Source: Bdellovibrionota bacterium (GTDB lineage Bacteria > Bdellovibrionota_C > UBA2361 > JBGSMV01). Taken from it: DNA of 64,000 nucleotides. The stretch is taken from the NCBI GenBank assembly GCA_041739995.1, contig JBGSMV010000047.1, positions 261,682-325,681 of the forward strand, read 5' to 3'. Each line of letters opens with the position of its first letter. The first letter of the stretch is position 1. Under the pieces are notes generated by a model, which made no database searches, had not been told where the DNA came from, and saw only the letters and a program-made list of their open reading frames with translations. A program made the position numbers and the translations under genes. Below, in pieces: positions 47,925 through 57,338 of this stretch.

Positions 47925-48098
47925 ATGGAACACGTGCCCGATACATTTCCTTGGATGTTCTATGGATATCTCGCTATTTGGGGAGTATTCGTGTTCTTTC
48001 TCTTTTCCATGCTGCGTAGACTCCGCGCGATTGAGCGCACGCTTCCAAGACACTACCCTTCTTCGGAACAATCCCCGGAACAACACGTGAATAAGTAG
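47925..48098 (+). CDS. ccmD: CcmD (57 aa; absent from the ORF track)
   Basis: GAGGGAG RBS; MEHVPDTFPWMFYGYLAIWGVFVFFLFSMLRRLRAIERTL..., aromatic TM plus charged helix directly after ccmC. Confidence 0.8.
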   Translation: MEHVPDTFPWMFYGYLAIWGVFVFFLFSMLRRLRAIERTLPRHYPSSEQSPEQHVNK

Positions 48099-48302
48099 TG
48101 CCAGCTTCGCAACAATCGATTTAACCGACCGGACCCTATGTTTCCGATTCCACCTCAGCTCCGAAGGCGTGGTGACTCAAAGCCTAGGCGCTCGCCCAGT
48201 GAGAATAATGATAAGTAAAGTCAGCTTGTTAAGTGTGCCGCAGCATTTTTGGAGTGCGCGGACTTTTCGAGCGACCCTTACGAGTTTCTAACCAGCATCT
48301 TC

Positions 48303-48331
48303 GTGACAACAAAATGAGATGTTGTTATAAG
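48303..48331 (+). promoter_or_regulatory. sigma70-like promoter overlapped by an inverted repeat
   Basis: GTGACA-N17-TATAAG with TG extension, ten nt before ATG 48342; ACAACA-N8-TGTTGT spans the spacer. Confidence 0.5.
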
Positions 48332-48341
48332 CCAGAGCATT

Positions 48342-49796
48342 ATGGCCCAGACCAATTTTGCTCCTGCAACCAGATTCGATGAATCTGAACTTAGCTCTCC
48401 CTCTCAACCGCCTCGATCTTCCCGCGGCCTGCCTCCTGAGGTACCGGGGAACGAGCTAATGGCTCAGCTAGATAGGAAGCTGGCGCAAGATGGTGGGCGG
48501 GGTGTTGGCGCGGAACTGCGAGAAAGCCGAAGAGAGGTCGCGAATCAGTACCTTAGTTACTTGTGGCGTAATCATGCAGCAGATCGTGCAGGGGGCAGCC
48601 CAGAGGATCGCCTTCGCACTATGGTGCAAAGACCTGAAACGAGACGATTGGTTGGATTTATTAGGAGCGGGGAGCGGGAGAATTCGGACGTTGGTCGTGC
48701 GGTGACTTGGTATTTTTTAGCTTCTGGGCTTTTCGATTCAGTGGCGTCGCCGAGCCAGCTACTCGACACATGGCGACTTCTCGTCACGACTTCCCCTTCG
48801 GTATCTCCAGAACAGTACGCCAGCGCGGCTGACTTGAGGTCGCGAGAGGCAGGTCTTAGAGCCAAGGGCGTAGATGTGTATGCTCAGGCGGTGGTGGAGC
48901 AACTTGCACTTTCTCGGGACGACAGCGAGAATTTCTTAAAGTTCTCGGGACTCAACGCATCGGTAGTTCAGAGGGGGCGAACTCGCCAAGTCCAAGCGTC
49001 CTTGATGCAATCTGACCACCCCGCACCGCTCCCTCCCGAGGGACCTCCGGTCCTTGTCTCTGAGTGTTCAAGTCCGTCAGGTAGCAGCGCGACTCGCAGT
49101 GGGACTCAGAGTGGAACTCACAGTGTCGCTGGCGGTGGGGTCGGCGGTGGGGTCGGCAGTGGGGTCGGCAGTGCGGTTCAAAGCGAGGGGATCGCTTCAA
49201 ACTCAGGTGAAGAATCGGCTCCGGCTCTTAAGGCCAGGAGAACGATTCCTTCCGGCGCGGCACGGCTCTATGCAGAAAGCTCGTTGCTCGCAACGCCGAA
49301 GGTTCAACGTGCGCAGCAAATGCCTTGGAGAGGGCCAGCACCCGCAGCAGCACCCGCAGAAGAACCATTGGACGATGGCTTCCCCATTGGTCGAGCGACC
49401 TCTGGTTCGGATAAGCGAAAATCTGACAGGACGCTTCAAGCGCAGGGTGCAGCCCTTTCAGCTGTTGACCTGATTAAATCTACGGGGCGATCGCTGATGA
49501 AGGAGCTCGGGATAGAAGCTGACCAGCTTTCGTCGATAACCAAGGGGGATGTCAATCTGGAGTCGGGTACCCTGACGCTGCGGTCAAGCAGAGGAGAGGA
49601 GGAAATCTCACTTTCTACAGAAGCGCGGAGAACTTTCCGAAGCTATTATCAGGAAATGTTGGGGAATGCCTCTTTTACCGGGACGTGGCTGAAGCGAGTA
49701 CTCGACGACCAAATTTTCTTTATTCCCGACGGCACTCGAAAAGGCAGAGATCTTACCATCGAGGAAGGTGAGGAGATGTTCGGAGCCAAAAGTTAG
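48342..49796 (+). CDS. Hypothetical protein with C-terminal truncated, inactive tyrosine-recombinase-like segment
   Basis: LGIEADQLSSITKGDVNLESGTLTLRSSRGEEEISLSTEARRTFRSY resembles box I and the following beta region; low-complexity linker. Confidence 0.55.
   Translation: MAQTNFAPATRFDESELSSPSQPPRSSRGLPPEVPGNELMAQLDRKLAQDGGRGVGAELRESRREVANQYLSYLWRNHAADRAGGSPEDRLRTMVQRPETRRLVGFIRSGERENSDVGRAVTWYFLASGLFDSVASPSQLLDTWRLLVTTSPSVSPEQYASAADLRSREAGLRAKGVDVYAQAVVEQLALSRDDSENFLKFSGLNASVVQRGRTRQVQASLMQSDHPAPLPPEGPPVLVSECSSPSGSSATRSGTQSGTHSVAGGGVGGGVGSGVGSAVQSEGIASNSGEESAPALKARRTIPSGAARLYAESSLLATPKVQRAQQMPWRGPAPAAAPAEEPLDDGFPIGRATSGSDKRKSDRTLQAQGAALSAVDLIKSTGRSLMKELGIEADQLSSITKGDVNLESGTLTLRSSRGEEEISLSTEARRTFRSYYQEMLGNASFTGTWLKRVLDDQIFFIPDGTRKGRDLTIEEGEEMFGAKS
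49091..49174 (+). repeat. In-frame degenerate 12-bp tandem repeat (7 units)
   Basis: GACTCGCAGTGG GACTCAGAGTGG AACTCACAGTGT CGCTGGCGGTGG GGTCGGCGGTGG GGTCGGCAGTGG GGTCGGCAGTGC. Confidence 0.75.
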
Positions 49797-50045
49797 CGAA
49801 TTGACTTCGTGTCTGCGTAAGAAAGCTTCAGCATGCAGTCAATCTTAATAGTCTCAAACAAACTTTCTATGTTCCATCTTCGGTGGCTATAAGCTAATTC
49901 TGCAAGTTCGAAAATTCACATAGATCTCGCTTGACTGAGAGTTTGCAGTAAATTCAATTGCTTTTTTCAGGTCAAAGGTTATGGGGGCAACAGGGAGGGC
50001 CTTGTCGCCGCTGTCTTCTCAAGGCAGGTTCTACTCAAGGGGCGC

Positions 50046-51719
50046 GTGCGAAAGGTTCTCTATCGAAATTGGCAAAACGAAGCTTTTGCTGGATATCTTG
50101 CCAATCTCAAGGCCGGAAAATGCAGTGAGTTGTGGGAAGCCACCCCTGGTGCCGGTAAGACGGCGGCAGCCCTGCGATTAATTGCACATCAATTAAGGAC
50201 TCGTAGGGCAACCTCCGCTCTGATTGTGGTGCCTACTTCACATCTGCGAATTCAATGGTCGCGCGCCGCCGCGGAGCTTGGACTTCACCTCGACAGCAAT
50301 TTTTCAGGAGGGCGTACTAAGCTTACGGAGGACTTTCACGGTGCCGTTATTACTTATCAACAGATTGGAAATCGTTCCGCTACTTTTCGTGCTTTAGCGA
50401 AGCGCTCCGTCGTCATTCTTGACGAGATTCATCATGCAGGTGATGGCATGACCTGGGGCAACGCAGTTCGCAACACGCTAGAAGGTGCCCCTTACGTCTT
50501 GGCTCTCTCAGGAACTGCGTTCCGAAGTGATAATAACCCCATTCCTTTTGTTACGTATGACAAAGACGGACTTAGCGCACCGGACTTTACCTACCCGTAT
50601 GCGCGAGCTGTAGAGGAGCGCGTGTGTCGGCCGACCGCTGTGTTCACCTATGGTGGACACGTGGCGTGGATGGAAGGAGAGCGAGAGGTCTCAGCTGATT
50701 TCTCAGATTCTCTCGACGGTATTGCTTCCGGGCGAAGGCTTCGAGCTGCGCTTGATCCTGATGTAGGCTGGGTTCGGCCTATGCTTGTCGACGCGCACCG
50801 CACGTTGCTTTCCACGCGAGCTGAGCACCCGGAGGCGGGAGCGTTAATGGTGTGTGCCGATCGTCAGCACGCCAGGCGGCTCGCGAAGCTTCTCAAGATT
50901 GTGACCGGAGATGAGCCCACTGTAGTTCTCTCCGACGATGCCTCTGCCTCTCGAAAGATAAAAGAGTTTGCTGATAATACGAGAACCTGGTTGGTGGCCT
51001 GTAATATGGTGAGTGAGGGCGTAGATATCCCACGCCTGCGCGTTGGAGTTTACGGAACTACCATTCGCACTAAGATGTATTTCAGGCAGTTTCTTGGGCG
51101 AATCGTAAGAGTTCAATCTCACGTGCCTGGTTTGCAGGTTTCGTACCTGTACCTCCCTTCAGATCCAACATTGCATCAGCTTGCCGAGGAGATAGAGATT
51201 GAATCCGGTCATATCATCAGTCGTCTTCGCGAACAGGATGAAGATGACATTCGCCTCGATCGGCATAGAGAGCTTCGTGAGGAGCCCAGCTGGGCTCCTC
51301 TGGCTGCAACAAACAGCGGAGTAAATTCTGTCATTGTTCATGGGAATCAACTGGCCTTGTTCGGTGAAACGATGGTGCAAGGCGTTGCTATGCATGAGGC
51401 AGTGCAGCGTGAAGTGCGCACCACGCTCGATGCGCGGCTCACGAGAAGTGAGTTTAAGGCGAGAATAGCGACGCAGATTAAGTATTTGGTGGGGAGTTAT
51501 CACCGCAAGAGCGGCAAGCCACACTCGGCAATTCACACATTGCTCAATAAGGCTCAAGGGGTGAAGAGTCAGACTCACTGCACTGAAGTGCAGCTTCACG
51601 AAAGACTTCGCCTCCTGGAGCAATTATGTTCGGATGGTTTCATGAAACCGCCGCGGGCAGAAGAGTCGCGAGGTGTTGGATCCATTGCAAGTGCCCCTTC
51701 CGCAGCAAAGGCAAACTAG
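50046..51719 (+). CDS. Superfamily 2 DExH helicase (ResIII-like)
   Basis: LRNWQ-like Q motif, ATPGAGKT, VVPT, DEIHH, LSGT, EGVDIPRL, QFLGRIVR. Confidence 0.9.
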   Translation: MRKVLYRNWQNEAFAGYLANLKAGKCSELWEATPGAGKTAAALRLIAHQLRTRRATSALIVVPTSHLRIQWSRAAAELGLHLDSNFSGGRTKLTEDFHGAVITYQQIGNRSATFRALAKRSVVILDEIHHAGDGMTWGNAVRNTLEGAPYVLALSGTAFRSDNNPIPFVTYDKDGLSAPDFTYPYARAVEERVCRPTAVFTYGGHVAWMEGEREVSADFSDSLDGIASGRRLRAALDPDVGWVRPMLVDAHRTLLSTRAEHPEAGALMVCADRQHARRLAKLLKIVTGDEPTVVLSDDASASRKIKEFADNTRTWLVACNMVSEGVDIPRLRVGVYGTTIRTKMYFRQFLGRIVRVQSHVPGLQVSYLYLPSDPTLHQLAEEIEIESGHIISRLREQDEDDIRLDRHRELREEPSWAPLAATNSGVNSVIVHGNQLALFGETMVQGVAMHEAVQREVRTTLDARLTRSEFKARIATQIKYLVGSYHRKSGKPHSAIHTLLNKAQGVKSQTHCTEVQLHERLRLLEQLCSDGFMKPPRAEESRGVGSIASAPSAAKAN

Positions 51720-51878
51720 GTGGCGCTCTTCGCGTGAGCTCATCGACTATTAGAAAAACACAGCCCTTCGGCGAACGCCGACTCGCGATCCTTCGCAGGG
51801 TCTTCTCTCGTGATCTGCCTAGCTGAGCTAGTAGAATCTTTCACGAGTAACCTGTTTGGCAGTATTCGGACCCCGTTT

Positions 51879-51894
51879 TGGAATAGAAATTGCT
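51879..51894 (+). promoter_or_regulatory. sigma54 -24/-12 promoter
   Basis: TGGAATAGAAATTGCT: GG-N10-GC with TTGC. Confidence 0.55.
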
Positions 51895-51970
51895 CTGATC
51901 TCGGATGAGGCATTGGCGCTATGCCTTGGTGACCAATGCCTCTTGTAACTGTCTGAAATCATTACTGAAG

Positions 51971-54406
51971 ATGGGCTACTACTTGCCTCGAATATTGCAC
52001 TGCGTAGCGACCCTGTGGGTAGCGCTATTCTTGTTTGCTCCGACCACTGGTGTGGCCGAGGTTTTTAGGCCAGCGATGCGTTCTCGGTATGTCTGTGTGC
52101 AGAAAGCCTCCTCCTCAGTGAATCTTGTAGGTGCAATAAAGCTTCGCCATAAGAACAAGAAGACCAAGATCGTCGGGAGAAAAACGTGGACCTATGGAGC
52201 GATGGTCTCTCGAATTGCCAAGCTCGAGCGCAGTAGCTCGAAGAAAAAACGCAAGGAGGCGAGACGGATCGCCAAGGCCCTTGAGGTGCTTCTGTCTTGC
52301 TATGATGCCCGAGACCTTCCCCGTCCTGGTGAGCCTGCTCCAACTGAACCAACACCTAGCCCCGAAGCTTCGTTTGCTGATGTTCAGCCCATAATTCAAG
52401 CGAACTGCATGGGGTGCCATACTGCTCGGGGCTGGACTAATTCTCAGGAGTATTTTCTACAGAGTCGTCTTGTTTCTGCCGGGAATCCTGACTCGTCGGA
52501 TCTCTACAAGAGCCTAAGAGGGAATCCTCAAGGGCTAACTCCTGCTTCAATGCCAGCGACAGGTGAGACCCTCGCACAGGCAGACATAGCTTTAATTCAT
52601 AATTGGATTGCTAATCTTTCGCCTGAGGTAACTCCTCCTGATCCTGTGGGGCAGTTTGGCTGTGTGCCGACTGTTCAAGTTGGTACTTCGAGGATGAAGC
52701 GGTTGAGCAAGGTGCAGCTTAGAAACTCACTGCGCGACCTAGCGATGGTTGGCCTTGCTGGCAGTCAGTCCCTTGCCGAGTACTACACATGGAACTCGGC
52801 GTCGCGTGCGACGAAATTTATTCCGGATGATTACAGCAAGTCAGGGCACCATCGCCTCGATGACCGGCTCGATCAGACCTATCTCGAAGGCGTACTTCGC
52901 GTGGTAGAAAACTTTGCTGATAGACTCGAGCTGGATGGGAGATTGCGTGCCTTCGTGCAGAGCTATGTTCCCACTTGCAGTCAGAGTAATTATTTGACGA
53001 CGGTCTGTCGCGATGAATTCCTAAGGCGTTTTGGACGACGGGCGCTCAAGGGTGCGCTCTCACAATCGGACTTTGACTTCTATCGTAAGCCCGACTCCGG
53101 CGGGCAGAGCCAGGCCAGTTATCGTGATATTTTTGTGTCCCTGCTTAGTTCGCCGCGATTCCTCTACCACCTCGAAGCGTATGGGAGCCCAGCAGATAGT
53201 TCCGAATTGTTACTTTGGATTTCCCCTTCTGAGTATGTCGCGAGACTTTCGTATGCGATGTGGAATACGACACCAGATGATCAGCTTTTGCAGTATGCAG
53301 AAAACGGAACTGTTGATTCTGATCCCGAGACAGTCGTGGCCTATGTGCTCGATCAACAAAGCGAGAAATCGCGGGCAGGGTTGCGAGAACTTTTCGATGG
53401 GTGGTTTGATACTGCGCGGTTAATGGAAGAGATATCGCAGTATTTCGAAGTCGACTTATACGGAACTGGCGGGCTCACCAATTATTTGGCACATGATTAT
53501 GGTCTTAATGAACTTCCGCTTGTCGAGAGCGGTCTAACTCCAAATGAGACTCGAAGTCGTCTGCTTGGCTTCCGAAGTGGCGTGAGAAGCGAGTTGGCCG
53601 ATATCGGAACGATTTTGACCTTTGTGCAACCGTCTCCGGTTAGCGATCTCTTTACGACCCGCATAGCACCTGTGCAAGATGTAACGCTAAGTCGAAATTA
53701 TAATCTAAGCACACCCTGGGATGGGAATCTTGAGTCGATTCCCCTGGCGCCAGAATCTCGTGGCGGCGTGTTGACCCGCACTGCGTTTCACCTGACCCGA
53801 GGAGCGCGCAAGCGCTCCATTCTGATTGGCTCACTTCTTCGCGAGCATCTTCTCTGTGACCCGACCGGCCTGCCTGCTGATAACTCCCCGCCGATTGGTT
53901 TGAATCTTGGCTCCGCTGAGTACCGCACTGGCTCGACTCACCATCAAGTACAGACACTTACAGAACAACCGGATACGACCTGTATTGGCTGTCATCAACG
54001 ATGGTTGAATCCACTTGGTATCGCGATGGGAGACTTCGACACGCTTGGTCGACGGCGAAACGGCGTGGAGTGGGTTTATGAGGGATATAGCAACATCCCA
54101 GCCCAGGTTTACTTGCGACCCTATCAAACCACCTCTGTTCCAAGGCTTAATCGCGACGATTTATCAGAGGTTAGCGGAACTGTTCAGCTCGGCCAGAAAT
54201 TTGCCGAAAGTGAAGAGATGCACGCCTGTTTTACGAGAAACCTCGTGCGGTTTGTATTGGCACGCGCAGAGAACAGCGGAGACGGATGCTTCATGAATGA
54301 GATGTTCGATGATGTGCGCTCTCTCCCCATGAAAGAGGTCCTGCGACGCTACTTCGTAAGCGCGGCATTTAGATCGCGCCGCTTGAATGAAACCTTCCCT
54401 AATTAG
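51971..54406 (+). CDS. Secreted c-type cytochrome with DUF1587/1595/1592/1588/1585-type domains
   Basis: Signal peptide after ATG 51971; CMGCH...SMP cytochrome domain; KRLSK.Q.RNSLRDL, LSSPRFLY, RLSY.MW...PD..L, RGGVLT, CIGCH..LNPLG...FD.LGR.R. Confidence 0.82.
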   Translation: MGYYLPRILHCVATLWVALFLFAPTTGVAEVFRPAMRSRYVCVQKASSSVNLVGAIKLRHKNKKTKIVGRKTWTYGAMVSRIAKLERSSSKKKRKEARRIAKALEVLLSCYDARDLPRPGEPAPTEPTPSPEASFADVQPIIQANCMGCHTARGWTNSQEYFLQSRLVSAGNPDSSDLYKSLRGNPQGLTPASMPATGETLAQADIALIHNWIANLSPEVTPPDPVGQFGCVPTVQVGTSRMKRLSKVQLRNSLRDLAMVGLAGSQSLAEYYTWNSASRATKFIPDDYSKSGHHRLDDRLDQTYLEGVLRVVENFADRLELDGRLRAFVQSYVPTCSQSNYLTTVCRDEFLRRFGRRALKGALSQSDFDFYRKPDSGGQSQASYRDIFVSLLSSPRFLYHLEAYGSPADSSELLLWISPSEYVARLSYAMWNTTPDDQLLQYAENGTVDSDPETVVAYVLDQQSEKSRAGLRELFDGWFDTARLMEEISQYFEVDLYGTGGLTNYLAHDYGLNELPLVESGLTPNETRSRLLGFRSGVRSELADIGTILTFVQPSPVSDLFTTRIAPVQDVTLSRNYNLSTPWDGNLESIPLAPESRGGVLTRTAFHLTRGARKRSILIGSLLREHLLCDPTGLPADNSPPIGLNLGSAEYRTGSTHHQVQTLTEQPDTTCIGCHQRWLNPLGIAMGDFDTLGRRRNGVEWVYEGYSNIPAQVYLRPYQTTSVPRLNRDDLSEVSGTVQLGQKFAESEEMHACFTRNLVRFVLARAENSGDGCFMNEMFDDVRSLPMKEVLRRYFVSAAFRSRRLNETFPN

Positions 54407-54414
54407 GAGAAGCT

Positions 54415-56094
54415 GTGAAGTATTGTAAGGTATCGAGACGACACTTTCTGCAGGGGGCCGGAGGTTTTGCCATAACTCTGCCGTTTCTACCATCCTTAGT
54501 AAGCAGTAATGCCCTGGCTGAGATCCCACAGAATGCAAAGTTCTTTATTCACCTCTCTACCGAACATGGGGCGCTCAATCCACTAAGCTGGGGGCCCGAT
54601 CTTTCCTCATATCAATGGAGTCCCTCCGAACAACAACTCCTCTATCCTGGTTCGGTGATGGCTGGTACCGAGCATTGGATGAGACGCAAACCGCTGACAC
54701 AATTGCTCACGAACGGTCGGTTATCGCCCGTCTTCGACGAGATGTTCACTCCCTTGCTACCCAAGCTCAATCTGATTGACGGGCTTGGACTCATGTTTGG
54801 AGGCTCTCATCATAGTGGTGGATATCTGGGAAATTTCCACGGGAACATGAATCGTGACTTCAGGACAGGAAGAGACGCAAATCTCAACTCAGACCCGGTT
54901 CCGACGATCGATCAAATAATGGCGCAATCATCAAGCTTCTATTCGAGCTCGGACCCGCGAACCATGCCTGTGCTGAACATGGGGGATGGCCAGCCGCAGT
55001 CCTTTAGGCCGCGTAATGGAACGATTCAGCCTGTTAACTATTCATGGAGTTTAAACGACATCTACGACTATGTATTCGGTGGCGGGGGCGCTCAAGGCAA
55101 TCCTCAGCGAATCGCTGCGGTGAATCGAGTGTATGAGGACTATCAGCGTCTCGTAAGTCCCGCAGGCACTGGTGCACGTCTTAGCAGTGAGGACGCGAAC
55201 GCTGTCGAGCAGCATTTGGATAGTCTTAGTGAGATTGAACGAAGAATCAATTCGATTGGGCAAGTGGCAAGCTGTAATACCCTGGGGTCTGGTGGACATA
55301 GATATGGTCCGACCGATCCGCAGAGTGAGCAGAATGTATTCCATCAGCCGAATCGGGCTTCGTATGCCCAATATTGGAGTACCTACGTCGACTTGATGGT
55401 GACTGCGATTAATTGTGGGCTATGCCGAGCTTTTACTATCTCACTCGGAGTGCCAACGGATCTCTCAGGGGATCGATATCACTCAGACGTCGCACATCAG
55501 TACGATCAGCCTGGAAATCAAGGCATTATCCAGGACGCACATCAGTATACAGCGAGAAACTTCATCTTGCCGCTGCTTCTGCGCCTCAATGATGTGCAAA
55601 CAATCAATGGGGGCCGTCTGCTCGATAACGGCCTGGTGGTGTGGCAGCACGAGAGCTGGTGGGTGCCGCATGAGGGCAAAGTAATTCCCACCATGATGGC
55701 AGGTGGCGCGGCTGGATCACTCCGAACAGGATATTTGATAGATTACCGAAACCTCAATAACAGAGGCCTGCAGCGCAATGCCTATAATGGTAGCACTCAG
55801 CAGTTCGATCCGAATAACCCATACTCGATTTTCTATCCAGGCTTACCAATGAATCGTTGGTTGCACACTGTGCTTGCGACTATGGGGGTGGGACGCTCCG
55901 AGTACCTAGCTCTTTCTGGGATTCCTTCGGGAAGTTCGATGAATGGGTATGGTGATACTACAGTTCAGCCAGGTTACACGGGCCTTACCTTCCACAATAC
56001 TGTTGGCAATGTTACCGAACGCGTGACTCATGAGGCTTTTCCCCAACGAATCATTGATGACTGTAGCTCTCCGCTGCCATTTCTTTATATCTAG
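54415..56094 (+). CDS. DUF1552 family protein, Tat-exported
   Basis: SRRHFLQGAGG..ITLPFLPSL, TIDQIMA, LSSED...VEQHLDSLSEIERRI, YHSDVAH, LLDNGLV, AGGAAG.LRTG. Confidence 0.82.
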   Translation: MKYCKVSRRHFLQGAGGFAITLPFLPSLVSSNALAEIPQNAKFFIHLSTEHGALNPLSWGPDLSSYQWSPSEQQLLYPGSVMAGTEHWMRRKPLTQLLTNGRLSPVFDEMFTPLLPKLNLIDGLGLMFGGSHHSGGYLGNFHGNMNRDFRTGRDANLNSDPVPTIDQIMAQSSSFYSSSDPRTMPVLNMGDGQPQSFRPRNGTIQPVNYSWSLNDIYDYVFGGGGAQGNPQRIAAVNRVYEDYQRLVSPAGTGARLSSEDANAVEQHLDSLSEIERRINSIGQVASCNTLGSGGHRYGPTDPQSEQNVFHQPNRASYAQYWSTYVDLMVTAINCGLCRAFTISLGVPTDLSGDRYHSDVAHQYDQPGNQGIIQDAHQYTARNFILPLLLRLNDVQTINGGRLLDNGLVVWQHESWWVPHEGKVIPTMMAGGAAGSLRTGYLIDYRNLNNRGLQRNAYNGSTQQFDPNNPYSIFYPGLPMNRWLHTVLATMGVGRSEYLALSGIPSGSSMNGYGDTTVQPGYTGLTFHNTVGNVTERVTHEAFPQRIIDDCSSPLPFLYI

Positions 56095-56277
56095 CTCCCT
56101 CACAAGGTCGTGAAAAACTCATTTCACGACCTTGTGAGGGAGGGCAGGATGTCCGACCGCGGACTGGAGCAAAGCGTAAGTGGGCGAAGCGACGCGGATT
56201 TTGCGCCGCTTGTCGCGCGAAAGGAGCTTGGAGCGAGTGAAAAATGCCAAGGAGGGCATTTTTCACCAGCCTGCTAG
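56095..56277. mobile_element. MITE-like element, family B (long form); its first hairpin may terminate the upstream operon
   Basis: Perfect 21-bp stem at 56095-56142 right after the TAG stop; second hairpin GTGAAAAATGCC/GGCATTTTTCAC; end TTTTTCACCAGCCTGCTAG. Confidence 0.6.
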
Positions 56278-56333
56278 TGTCCCGAGTGAGAAGTGAATTG
56301 CATAATAGAAAACTTGGTGGCTCGGGCCACTAG
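56274..56333. mobile_element. 60-bp miniature element related to family A
   Basis: CTAGTGTCCCGAG / CTCGGGCCACTAG inverted ends (12/13). Confidence 0.55.
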
Positions 56334-56463
56334 GCATAGTTGTTTTGACTCCGGACTCCTGTCCTTCGTCAAACTCGCTCCAAGCAGAGCACCCCAAGCA
56401 GAGCAGCATTGGTCACCGAACTTCTGCTCGATTGGAAGTATGTTGTAGCCATGGTGATTGACG

Positions 56464-57111
56464 CTATTTCTTAAACCCTTGGTCCAAAAGCGGAGGGAGT
56501 GAGGACGTCATTACGCGAGAGAGGATTCCAATACAATCTTCAATAGATTGAGGAGTGAGCTTGAGTCTAGAATTGACTCGTTGAAGAAATGAAAGGTCAG
56601 GTCCTCCAGCCATCATCAACGCCCATTTTGGATCAACTGGTCCTAAAATCGCCTCGACTCCTTTAAGAGTGAAGCCATCCCGCGAAGCAATCGATAGTTC
56701 GAAACTTGGCAAATCCGTTCTCACTATGTTGGTTAGGCCCACTTGGAGCACCAGTGCGGTGTCGTCGTCAACCCGCACCTTCATGCACAAGATCGGTCGC
56801 CCATTAGGAATTGCTGTTAGAGCTATCTGATCGTTCAACCCACCCATCATGCTTTCAATGAGAGATGGAGCAGAGGGTTTTCCTTTAGCGTGAGTGGTTG
56901 GCAAGAGAGAAGCTCCGTCTGGTAGCATGGCCCCGCCGGGCATCGAGCTGGCTTGTTGTTCGCCGAAGGTTGCTGCCACAAATTGACACTTGGTCGCTGC
57001 GCTTATCTTCTCGATCAGGTCGACGAGCCGAGGGTCTGCGCCATCGGGATAGGTATTCGCGAAAGAGCGATCATCGGGAGATTGAGTAGGTCGAGGCGCT
57101 AGTTCTGACAT
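56464..57111 (-). CDS. Hypothetical protein
   Basis: Long ORF filling the gap; start reset to ATG 57111; no recognisable motif. Confidence 0.55.
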   Translation of the reverse strand: MSELAPRPTQSPDDRSFANTYPDGADPRLVDLIEKISAATKCQFVAATFGEQQASSMPGGAMLPDGASLLPTTHAKGKPSAPSLIESMMGGLNDQIALTAIPNGRPILCMKVRVDDDTALVLQVGLTNIVRTDLPSFELSIASRDGFTLKGVEAILGPVDPKWALMMAGGPDLSFLQRVNSRLKLTPQSIEDCIGILSRVMTSSLPPLLDQGFKK

Positions 57112-57338
57112 AGATCGATTCCACCAAATCGAGACTTTAAACACGTGCTGAGGTTATGGGGGGAATGTTAGATCGAGAAACCTTTGATTTGGCCTAATCT
57201 CAAAGGGTCGAGCGCAGCCTAGCGGCATAATTTCTGTCTTAAATTCAGTGAGTTGCATATTCGAAGGCAGGGCTTTCACCAAGCCCCAAGGGATTCACCC
57301 GATTAGAATCTCTTGGCCCTGCGTTGTAAGGTCAAGCC

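Noticed and set aside
48342..49796. Active integrase marking a prophage or island
   Set aside because: Catalytic Arg, HxxR and Tyr are absent; no att repeats, tRNA or phage genes nearby.
57218..57247. dif site
   Set aside because: GCATAAT half resembles the XerC arm but the TTATGTTAAAT arm is missing at the required spacing.
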